Positions 27,801 through 38,460 of a DNA stretch of 64,000 bases are shown here, piece after piece. A model generated the notes under the pieces. That model was not told the origin of the DNA. It searched no databases and was given only the letters and a program-made list of their open reading frames with translations. Origin of the DNA: an uncultured delta proteobacterium (GTDB lineage Bacteria; Desulfobacterota; Binatia; UBA9968); the NCBI GenBank assembly GCA_963755715.1, contig CAVWLW010000067.1, positions 1 to 64,000 of the forward strand, given 5' to 3'. Position numbers and translations under genes: made by a program. The first letter of the stretch is position 1, and each line of letters starts with the position of its first letter.

Positions 27801-30800
27801 CTTCCTGCGCGAGACGCTGCCGGACTACATGATCCCGGCGGCCTTCGTCGCGCTCGACGCCTTGCCGTTGACGGCCAACGGCAAGATCGATCGGCGCCGG
27901 TTGCCGGCGCCGGACATTCGTATGACCGAATCGACCGGCGCCTCGATCGCGCCGCGCACTGAAATCGAGGAGCTGGTGGCGCAGGTTTGGCGCGACGTTC
28001 TTAATCTCGACCGCCTCGGTGTGCACGACAATTTTTTCGAGCTTGGCGGCCATTCGTTGCTCGCGGCGCGGATCGTTGGCAGGTTGCGGGCGAATTTCAG
28101 CGCCGACTTGGCCTTGCGCACACTCTTCGAGCTGCCGACCGTGGCGTTGCTCGCGGCAGAGATTGACCGGCTGCGCGGTAACCGGCGCGGTGTAAATATT
28201 CCGCCGATTGTCGCCGCGCCGCGCGCTCATCGAATACCGCTGTCCTTTGCCCAGCGGCGGTTGTGGTTCCTGCATAAAATGGATTCCGATTTGACCGCCT
28301 ACAACATGCCGGTTTCTCATCGTGTCAGGGGACCGCTCAATATTGCGACGCTCGAAGAGGCTATCAATACGATAATCCGCCGGCATGAGGTCTTGCGCAC
28401 GGCGATTGCGGAGATTGACGGCGAACCGGTTCAGCGAATTCAATCGATGGCGCATTTCGAGTTGCCGGTGGTCGATCTGCGCCGACTGTCTTTGCATCAA
28501 GCTGAAAAAGAAGCGCTGCGTATTTTTAACGCAGACGCGCGGCAGCCGTTCGATTGCAACAAGGCACCACTGATGCGCGCTAAATTGCTCCGACTCGGAG
28601 CTGAAGATCAGTTGTTGATCTTGAACTTTCACCACCTGATTTCGGACGGCGCGTCTTTGGCGGTCTTTTATCGCGAGCTCGAGATTTTCTACAGCACGAT
28701 TTTAGCAGGAAAGCCCGCGGCGTTGCCGGCGCTCGCCGTGCAATATGCCGACTTCGTCCTATGGCAACGAGATTGGCTAAGCGACCCGGCATCGGTGTCG
28801 CAAACACGCTATTGGAAGGCGCGGCTCGGAACCAATCTACAATCTCTCGACTTACCGACCGACTATGAGCGGCCGACTGCCCAGGCCTACCGCGGCGCAA
28901 GGATAGCCCAGCGTTTATCCAAGGAGCTCAGCGAGGCGCTGAAACAGTTAAGTCGCCGACAGGGTGTGACTCTGTTCATGACGCTGTTGGCGGCGCTCAA
29001 AATTCTACTCTCCCGACTGGGGGGGCAAAAGGATGTCGTCGTCGGCGCGACCATCGCCGGACGAAACCGGCCCGAGTTGGACGGGCTGATTGGATTTTTC
29101 ATCAATGCGCTCGCGTTGCGCACCGATCTCTCCGGCAATCCGGCATTCACCGATTTGCTCGCGCGCGTGCGCGCTACTTGCCTCGACGCTTACACGCATC
29201 AGGATTTGCCCTTCGAGCGCGTTGTCGAGGAGATCAATCCGGAGCGCGATCTCGGCCGCAATCCGATTTTTCAGGTGTTATTCAACATGGCGGATATTTC
29301 AGCGCGGGCGCTGAAGCTAGCCGGCTGCGAGACGGTAAGGCTGAGCCAAGCGGCACCCGGCGCGAAATTCGATCTTGTCGTGCACGCGCCGGAAGTGGAC
29401 GGCTGCCTCGAGCTGATGTTGGTTTATAATGCCGATCTTTTCTCGGAGAAAAGAATGGCGGCGCTGCTCGATCAGTGGCTGAGTTTGTTGGATCAAATCG
29501 CCGCAGACCCGACAAAACCGATCGATCAATTCTCGCTCATGACCCCGAGCGCGCAAGCATGTCTGCCGGACCCCAGCGCGCGGCTCGATGAAACTTGGCT
29601 GGCACCGATACATTCGCTGATCGCGTGCCAAGCCGAAAAGGCGCCGGAAAAAGTAGCCGTGATCGGCGCGGATGAGAGCTGGACGTACCGCGAGCTCGAT
29701 GGCGCCAGCAACCGATTGGCCGGTTTGTTGAGCAGGAAAAATATTCATCCGGGCGACGTGGTCGCGATCTATGCGCACCGCGATCCGACCCTCGCGGTGG
29801 CGATTCTCGCGGTGCTGAAGGCCGGCGCCGTTTTTGTCATTCTCGATCCGGCGTATCCGGCGCCGCGCCTGATCGACTATGTGCGCATCGCGCGACCGAA
29901 AGGCTGGCTGAGAATGGCAGGCGCAGGCGCCTTGCCCCGGCAACTTGCGGAATTTTTGCGGACGAGTGAGATCCGCTGTCTAATCGATCTACCGTATGCA
30001 AAAAGAGAAATAGCTTGCCTGTTGGAGCGACAGTCCGGCGGTGCCCGCGAAATTAACCTGGCAGCGGACGATCCTGCTTACATCGCTTTTACTTCGGGTT
30101 CGACCGGCGAGCCCAAAGGGGTTTTGTGCCGTCATGGTCCGATCACGCATTTCTTGCCATGGCAGCAAAAAGCTTTTGCTTTACGAAGCTCGGATCGCTA
30201 TGCCTTGTTGTCCGGTCTCGGTTACAATCATCTCCAGCGCGAGCTTTTTACTGCGCTCGCGTCGGGCGCATCGCTTTTCATTCCGACCAACGAGCAATTG
30301 CAAAATCCCGAGCAACTTAACGATTGGCTACGGCGGTGCAAGATTTCTATTCTTCATCTGACGCCGGCGCTGGGGCGGCTGCTCCGAACCGCCAAAGGAA
30401 AGCGACTGCCGTCCGTGCGCCGGATTTTTTTCGGCGGCGACTTATTAACCCGCCAGGATGTCCGGCGCGATACGGCAGAGCGCGCCCGAAGCCACGCTCG
30501 TGAGTTTTTACGGCGCCACCGAAACCCAGCGCGCGGTCGGCTTTTTCACGATAAAAGAAACGTCCTTGGCGAGTGGAGCCGGCGCGAAACAGACAGTTCC
30601 AGTTGGCAAGGGCATTAAAGACGTGCAGCTTATTTTGCTCAACGCCGCAGGCCAACTCGCCGGCATAGGCGAACGGGCCGAGATTTGCGTGCGCAGCCCG
30701 CATTTGGCCACGGGCTACGTCGGCGACGATCCGCTCACCGAGAGTAATTTCGTCGTCAATCATTTCACCGGCGAAAAACGCGACCGTCTTTACCGAACCG

Positions 30801-31489
30801 GTGAATTCGGCCGGTACTTGCCGGATGGCAACGTCGAATGGGCGGGACGCCGAGATCGCCGCGTGAGCATTCGTGGTTTTCGCGTCGAGCTTGTCGAAGT
30901 GGAATCGGTGCTTCGTCAGTGCGCCGGAGTGCGCCAGGCCGCGGTTATAGCGCGGGAGTTTACCGTCGACGGCGATGCCGCGGTGCAGGAAAGCCGCTTG
31001 ATCGCGCACATCGAAAGCGACCCGGGCGCTGTTCTCGACGTCGACACGTTGCGCGCCTTCATGAGCGCGAGGCTGCCGCACTACATGGTTCCCGCATATT
31101 TTCATTTCCTGCAAGGGCTGCCCCTCAATCCGAGCGGCAAAATCGATTATGGCGCTTTGGCGGCCGTGGACTTTAACCGGCAAGGCGCCGGGCCTTTCGG
31201 AGCGCCGCAAAACGCCATCGAAGAAGCGCTTAGCAAAATTTTTGCGTCATTGCTGGGGCTCAAGCGCGTCGGCCGGCACGATAATTTTTTCCATCTCGGC
31301 GGGCACTCATTGCTTGCGGCTCAGGCAGCGGCGCGAGCTCGGGAAGCTTTGCGGGTGAATTTGGATCTGCGGGCATTTTTGCAGGCGCCCACCGTGGCTG
31401 CGCTGGCCGAGCGCATCGAGGCCGCGAAAAATTCTCACGACGGCGCAAAGAGATCAAGGCCGGATGAACGAGAGGAGATCGAGTTATAA
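24835..31489 (+). CDS. NRPS C-A-T-C-A-T, frameshifts near 25450, 26680 and 30460
   Basis: LSFAQERLWF, HQMICDG, YTSGSSGAPKG, LGGHSL, HHLISDG, FTSGSTGEPKG, LGGHSL; C-terminal docking peptide EREEIEL. Confidence 0.9.
26659..26744. repeat. Inverted heptamer-repeat element (GAGGATN / ATCCTCN) inside an NRPS A-domain loop
   Basis: ggtcgaggatggaggatggggg...atcctctatcctcgatcctcgacc; arms are near reverse complements. Confidence 0.75.
27700..27730 (+). repeat. Heptamer tandem repeat AATC(T/C)AA x4 in frame within an NRPS A domain
   Basis: aatctaa aatctaa aatccaa aatccaa aat encoding NLKSKIQNPK; AT-rich within a GC-rich gene. Confidence 0.85.
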
Positions 31490-31500
31490 ACGCCGCCGCT

Positions 31501-34500
31501 TTGTTCCAAGAGCTTCGCAGTCTCGATGTGCGCCTCTCGGTCGACGGTGAGCGATTGCGGATCAACGCACCGCGCGGCGCGCTCAGCGCCGCTCTGAGCG
31601 CACGCATCGTCAAGCATAAAAAAACACTCATCAAATTTTTGCGCCGCGCCAAGGCGCCGTTGGAAACCGATTCGTCGGCCATCCCCCATGTCGCCGATGA
31701 CGTACCGACGCTTTTGTCGTTTGCCCAGGAGCGTTTGTGGTTTCTGGAACAATTGGAGCCCGGCCGGCCGGTTTACAATTTATCGCGTGCGCTTCGTATC
31801 GATGGGCTGTTGCAAGTTGATGCTTTGGAAGCGAGCTTTAACCGCATTCTCGGCCGCCACGAGGCGCTGCGCACGAAGTTCGTCGAGGGCGGTGGTCGTC
31901 CGTTCCAAGCCATCGCGCCGCATCGACGACTGCGCCTCAAGGCCATCGATCTCAGCATGCTGTCTGAAGCCGAGCGCGAAGTTGAAAGCGCGCGTCTGGT
32001 CTGCGAAGAGGCGCGCCGGCCCTTCGATTTAACAAGCGGACCATTGCTTAGAATCCGCCTGTTGCGCCAGCGTGAGGATGAGCATGTTCTTTTTCTCGCT
32101 GTCCATCACATCGTCTTCGACGCCTGGTCAATGGGCATTCTGCTTCATGAGCTTTGGTCGCTCTATCAAGGCTTCGTCGACAGAAAAACTCCTTCGTTGC
32201 CAAAGCTTTTAGTTCGCTATCGCGATTACGCCGCCTGGCAGCGCGCACAGTTTCACGGCGAGGTCATGGCAACGGACCTGGCTTTTTGGAGAAAACAATT
32301 GGCCGCGGCGCCGCGCCTCGAGCTATCGACCGATCGTCCGCGCCCGCGGCTCCAGACCTTTCGCGGCGCGCGCCAGGAAATCAGCTTGACCGAGTCAGTG
32401 ACAGCGACGCTCAACCAACTGAGCCAGCACGAAGGCGTTACTCTGTTCATGACGTTGCTCGCGGCCTTTCAAGTCCTGCTTTATCGTTATAGCGGCCAAG
32501 AAGATATTATTGTCGGTGCGCCGGTGGCCAATCGCGACCAAAGTGGGATCGAGGGGGTCATCGGCTTTCTCGTCAACACGCTCGCCTTGCGCGTGGATCT
32601 TTCCGGTCAACCAAGCTTTAAGGAGTTGCTTCGCCGCGTGCGCGAAGTTTGCCTTGACGCCTATGCGCATCAGGCAGCGCCGTTCGAAAAAGTCGTGGAA
32701 GCGTTGAACCTTCGGCGCGAGCTGAACCGTAACCCTATTTTTCAGACAATGTTGGTTTTGCAAAACACGCCGCGCCGTCCGTTCGATCCGCCGGGCATCC
32801 GTTTGGAGTCCATCGAGATCGACAATCAAACCGCGCAGTTCGATCTGTCTCTTTATTTGCGCGAACGCGACGGCAAACTGATTGGATTTTTCGAATATTC
32901 GACGGACCTATTTAATCCGGCGACCATCGCGCGGATGGCCGGCCATTTTCAAATTCTATCCGCGAGCATCGCAGCCGATCCCGACCTTTCGATCGCGAGG
33001 TTGCCGATGCTTGGCGCGGCGGAGCGTCAGCAACTGCTCTTTGAATGGAATGACACCCGAGCGGAATACCCACATGGCGCATGTATCCACGAATTGTTTG
33101 AAGCGCAGGTCGAACGCACGCCGGACGCGGTGGCGCTGGAGTTCGGGCAGCAGTCATTGACCTACCGCGAGCTTAACGATGACGCCAATCGGCTCGCGCA
33201 TGAATTGAAAGCGCTCGGCGCCGGCCCTGGTACCATCGTCGGCGTGCTGCTCGAGCGTTCCTTCGAAATGGTCGCGAGTCTTCTCGCGATTCTCAAAACC
33301 GGGGGAGCCTATTTACCGCTCGATCCCGGCTATCCGGCGCAGCGTCTTCATTTTATGCTCGCTGACGCCGAAGCTAAGATTGTGTTGACGCAAGAGAAAT
33401 TCTCTCCACTTGTCGCTGTTTCGACGAAGATACTTTTTGTCGATCCAAGTCGCCGCGGTATTTCGCCACCAGCGAAAAACTTTAAAAGCGACGCGCGCGC
33501 CGACAGCCCAGCTTACGTGATTTACACTTCAGGATCGACTGGGACGCCGAAAGGTGTGGTTGGGTTACATCGAGGCGCGGTCAATCGCTTCAGTTGGATG
33601 TGGAAAACCTTTCCGTTCAGTCCAGACGAAAAAAGCTGTCAAAAAACTTCGCTCAGCTTCGTCGACTCGATCTGGGAAATTTTTGGCGCTCTGCTTCGGG
33701 GAATTCCAACGGTGCTCGTGCCCAACCCAGCAGCCAAGGAGCCGGCGTCGCTGGTTGATTACCTGGCTCGGCATGGGGTGACCCGGCTGGTCTTGGTCCC
33801 TTCCCTATTAAGAGAAATCCTGCAATCCGCGGATTTGTCTGAGCGCCTGGCGCGGCTGCGATACTGTTTTTGCAGCGGCGAGCCGCTCGGCGCAGATTTG
33901 GCGGCGCGCTTTCGCCGCGCTCTCCCTGATTGCAAGCTGATCAATCTTTACGGCTCTTCGGAAGTTGCGGCCGATGTAACTTATTGCGAGATCGACGAAG
34001 ACAACTCTTGCGCTACCGTTCCAATCGGCCGGCCGATCGACAACACGCAAATCTATCTGCTCGATTCTGAGTTGCAGCCGGTGCCGGTCGGAGTGCGCGG
34101 CGAGATCTGCGTCGGCGGCGACAGCCTAGCGCGCGGTTATCTCAAGCGCGACGAATTGACCGCGGAAAAATTCATCGCCAATCCGTTTGCCCAGAACGGG
34201 CAGTCGCGTCTCTTTCGCACGGGCGACATGGCGCGCTATCGCGCCGACGGGAATATCGAATTTCTCGGCCGCGCCGACGATCAAGTTAAAATTCGCGGCT
34301 GCCGGGTTGAGCTTGGCGAAATCGAGTCGGCGCTGAATCAACATCCGGGCATCGGCGAAAGCGCCGTTGTGGTAGATGAGTTGTCCGCGGCCGCGCCGAA
34401 CGGTTCCATCGATTTGGCAGGGAAATTTGAAAGGCAGTTGACGGCCTATGTAGTTGCGAAAAAGACAAAACAGCCGGCGGCGAGCGAGCTACGGACCTTT

Positions 34501-36280
34501 TTGCGGCAAAAGCTGCCCGACTACATGATGCCGGCAAATTTCGTTCGGCTCGGCGACTTGCCGCGCTTGCCCAACGGCAAAATTGATCGACGCGCTTTAC
34601 CGCTGCCTGGGGAATTCCGTCGCCGCGAAGAGGGAACGGTTATAGCACCGCGCACCGAGGTCGAAACCTTGATCGCACAGATATGGCAGGAGGTCTTGCG
34701 TGTCGACGGCATTGGCGTCGACGATAACTTCTTCGATCTCGGCGGCCACTCGCTGCTGGCGGCGCAAGTCGCGGCGAAAATGCGCGCTGTTTTTAATAAG
34801 CCGGTGGCGCTGCGCGACCTCTTCGAGGCTCCGACCATCGCGGGCTTGGCGGCGCTGGTGGAAAAGGCTGGGCGAGCCGATCAAGAAAAAGATCTGCCGG
34901 CCATCACGCCGGCGACAGCCAGGCGAGACGTGGGACTGTCTTTTGGGCAAAAGCAGCTGTTTCTTTTCAGCCAATTGTTTGGCGGCGCGGATTTTCTCAA
35001 CCTGCCTTACGCCTATCGGCTCGCGGGGCGACTCGATGTCCAGGCATTGAAAAAGGCCGTTCAAGAGATTGTCAATCGCCACGATATCTTGCGCACGGCA
35101 TTCATCGATACGGCGGATGGCGCGCGGCAGGTCGTGCGCCGCCGCCTCATGGTCAGGTTGCCGATTGTCGATTTGGCGCGCCTGCCGAAGGACAGACAGG
35201 ATAAACAACTGGATGAGCTCTCGAAGCGGGATGCGGCACGCAGCTTCGACTTGGAAAAACCGCCGCTCTTTAGAATGACGCTAATCCGGCTGGCCGATGA
35301 CCAACATATTCTTCTGGTTACGCTGCACCATATTATCGGCGACCAGTGGTCGATGGGGGTGTTTCGAAAAGAATTGGCGGCGCTCTATTCGGCATTTTCC
35401 AAGGGTTTGCCAGCGCCTTTGCCGCCGCTGCCGTTTCAATTTTCCGACTTCATCCATTGGCAGAAGCAACTGCTCGAGAACGGAGCTTTCGACCGGCAGG
35501 TCGCCTATTGGCAGAAGCGCTTGGACGGGTTGTCGCCCGCGCTCCAGTTTCGGCGCGAAGCCAAGCGCAAGAGTTCGCCGCGCTTTCACAGTGCGAGGCA
35601 GCCGATTCGGTTTCGATGACGGGCTGGTTACGCAGATCAAGTCATTTGCCCGCGCCCAGAGCTGCACGCCCTTTATGATATTCGTCGCGGGCTTGGATAT
35701 TTTACTTTGGTCCTATACCGGCGAAAGCGATATTCGGATCGGTACCCTCGTCGCCAACCGGGGGCAAGCGGGAACCGACGGGCTGATCGGCTATTTCGTT
35801 AACGCACTGGTTTTGCGCACGCGCGTTTTACCGGCGATGACCTGTGTCGAATTGCTGAACGACGTTCGCGAAACCTGTTTAGAGGCCTACGCTCATCAAG
35901 ACGTTCCGTTCGAATATTTGGAGGCGTTGCTTGAGAAGAAACAGAAGCGCGCCCGCGTGCCTTTATACCAGGTGATGTTTAACTATCGAAACCTATGGAC
36001 GTCGCCGGCGAATGCCAATGGCCTTACGATTGCGTCATGGAACGGAAAAAACCGCGCGGGCGACCCGGGACTGGCGATGGCACGACTGGATGTAAACTTT
36101 AATTTACGCGAGCTGTCAACGGAGTTGACAGGCGCTGTAAACTATAAGACCGATTTGTTCGATGACAGGCGCATTACAAAACTGCTCGCCGACTATTCCG
36201 AGATATTGAAGCAGATGATCGCTTTTCCGAAACGACGAATTTCCAAAATCGCTGTGCGCCGGGTTGGGGAGAGGGATTGA
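31501..36280 (+). CDS. NRPS with TubC-type N-terminal docking domain, C-A-T-C (no TE), frameshift near 35612
   Basis: VRLSVDGERLRINAPRGAL docking domain; HHIVFDA; YTSGSTGTPKG; LGGHSL; terminal C domain HHIIGDQ. Confidence 0.9.
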
Positions 36281-36283
36281 GAC

Positions 36284-38062
36284 ATGATGGTGCGACTGAT
36301 TGCAGCATGTGCAGTGCTGATGCTCATCGGGATGGCGCCAGTCAACGCCGGCCAAGGCGGAGCGGATTCATGGACTCCCCGCGAGATGGGTGATCCCGGG
36401 AAGTTGAAAGGCAAGGCATTGAAGCTCCCATTGTTGCCGGAGGATCGATCCTTTCCCGCCGAGTTTCGCTGTAAGGAAAAGGCGTCGTCCTGCGAATTCG
36501 AGCTTGCCTATTTTCTCGGCGACGGTTTCGATCTCAGCAAAAAACAGCGTCTCAGCATCCTTTATATACCCGGCGGGCCGGGAGCGATCGTCGATCCAAG
36601 CAACCGCTCCGCCGCTTTGCGCCTTCTGGAAGAGAAGCACAACGTAGTTTACTTCCACCCGCGCGGTATGGCCAAGAGCGCCATCGACGGGGACCGGCTT
36701 TACGATCAATTTCTGCGCGCCGATTATGTTGCGAACGACATCGAAAGACTGCGCCAGGAACTTCTCAAGTCGAGACCCTGGGACGCAATCTACGGGCATA
36801 GTTGGGGAACCGTAATCGCGCAGCGCTATGCGGCCAAATACGCTCAAGCCAAGGACCCCAACCCGAAAGTGCGAAGTTTGATTCTCACCGGACCGGTAGA
36901 CCGCCATCGGGCGAGTACGCAAAAGGCTCGCGCCGAGACAATCGTAGAAAATTTCAAATTGATCGTGACATACTACCGCACCCAGGGAGCGGGCAAGTGT
37001 CAGTGCGAATCACCTTCATATCTCAAATCCAAAGTGACCGACTTTTCCGCTCCTCAGATTGGAATGGTCGGCGATAGCTTGGAAGCGAGCGATAATTTCT
37101 GCTTTTTGACCGACAAACTGATCGATGACATCGTCGGTCGGCTGCGCAAGGTGGTAGCGACGATCGACCAAGAGTTCGGCTCGGCAGACTTGATCGTCGA
37201 CAACTTCCAGACGCTAAGGAAAGACAAAGAGTTTCAAAGTCGCTTCAGTCGGTTGCCGATCGAATTCTTTGCCGCCGTCCGCTATTTGCAAATGTCCGGC
37301 GCGCCGGAAAAAGACGGTTTAGTCTTCGTCGCGGACAGCCGCAGCCGCGTGAATGCCGCGCTTATCATTGTCTACGATCTGATGGCGACCAACGCCGGCG
37401 GCTGCAATTTCAAAGATCCGATTTTCAGCGGCGCTTCGGGGGAATGTCATTATTGCGATCGGTTGAAAGCGGCGAGGGAAAAACAACGCGAGCAAATCGG
37501 CGGGCGCGAGTCGGAGCGTGGCAGCTATGTTTTTGGTGTCTATGACGGCGTGACGCGCTGGCTTCCGGTGATGATGGGCACAGAAGGCTGCTTTACCGGC
37601 AAGGACATTGGAGATTTTGCCAAGCGCGCCGGCGCCGGCAAAGAGTTCGGCCGAGATCAAGCAAAAAAAATCGGCGTCGTTTCCGGCGAAAAAGTTTGCC
37701 CCTGGAATCCCGCGAATTTTCGCCACGAAGTGCCGACGCTCCTGGTCAAGGGAAGCCGTGATGCCGTGGTTGCCGGCTGCCAGGCGGAAGATTTCCTAGT
37801 CAACGGATTGAAAGACGGCCGGCGTGTCTTGTTGGAATTGCGCGGCATGGGACACGACTTGAGCGTGAGCAACTTGTACGGAGGGTTGGAAGTGTCCCCA
37901 TGGAGCAAGCGTTTTGCCGGATTGCTGGAAGACTTTATTAAATTGTCTCCCAACGTGGCGAAGTTTCGCGCGGACAATAGCGTGCGCGCAAATCTGCAAA
38001 AGCTTAAGGCGAGCGACCGAACGCGCGATCCGAATTTGGCCTCGCGCTGCGGAAAATCTTGA
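36284..38062 (+). CDS. Secreted alpha/beta-hydrolase (S33 aminopeptidase-like)
   Basis: Signal peptide; PGGPG oxyanion motif; GHSWG nucleophile; GSRDAV Asp; GMGHD His. Confidence 0.8.
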   Translation: MMVRLIAACAVLMLIGMAPVNAGQGGADSWTPREMGDPGKLKGKALKLPLLPEDRSFPAEFRCKEKASSCEFELAYFLGDGFDLSKKQRLSILYIPGGPGAIVDPSNRSAALRLLEEKHNVVYFHPRGMAKSAIDGDRLYDQFLRADYVANDIERLRQELLKSRPWDAIYGHSWGTVIAQRYAAKYAQAKDPNPKVRSLILTGPVDRHRASTQKARAETIVENFKLIVTYYRTQGAGKCQCESPSYLKSKVTDFSAPQIGMVGDSLEASDNFCFLTDKLIDDIVGRLRKVVATIDQEFGSADLIVDNFQTLRKDKEFQSRFSRLPIEFFAAVRYLQMSGAPEKDGLVFVADSRSRVNAALIIVYDLMATNAGGCNFKDPIFSGASGECHYCDRLKAAREKQREQIGGRESERGSYVFGVYDGVTRWLPVMMGTEGCFTGKDIGDFAKRAGAGKEFGRDQAKKIGVVSGEKVCPWNPANFRHEVPTLLVKGSRDAVVAGCQAEDFLVNGLKDGRRVLLELRGMGHDLSVSNLYGGLEVSPWSKRFAGLLEDFIKLSPNVAKFRADNSVRANLQKLKASDRTRDPNLASRCGKS

Positions 38063-38123
38063 CTTCAAAGTTTGCCAACGATAGCGTGGCAAAAAATTTA
38101 ATTCCCCGTGAGGAGGTGTCAGG

Positions 38124-38342
38124 ATGGGTAAGAGCGGACCAAAGCTGTCCGAGGCGAAAGCCGAGAAGTTGAGAAAAGGGGTACGCGCGATCATCAAAGC
38201 GAATAAAGACTTGCAGGCGGCCGTCAACGCGTTGACAAAGTCCTCGAAATCGAAAGACAACGAAGGCCAAGCTGCGCAGCGCGATCTCAAAGGTCATCGT
38301 GCGCAATCCACTTTTGCAGCAGGCCGCGAAAGACCTTTTTAA
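38124..38342 (+). CDS. Small basic hypothetical protein
   Basis: Strong RBS GAGGAGG 8 nt before ATG; Lys/Ala-rich helical sequence. Confidence 0.6.
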   Translation: MGKSGPKLSEAKAEKLRKGVRAIIKANKDLQAAVNALTKSSKSKDNEGQAAQRDLKGHRAQSTFAAGRERPF

Positions 38343-38460
38343 CAAGATGAAATAATTACGACAGAGCCGGGACCAATTTTCCCGCGAACGAAGCAGAATC
38401 GCTTTATAGGTTTGTCACGCGCGACGGCGGCGGGCGATTCGTCACCTGACAGGTGCGCGC

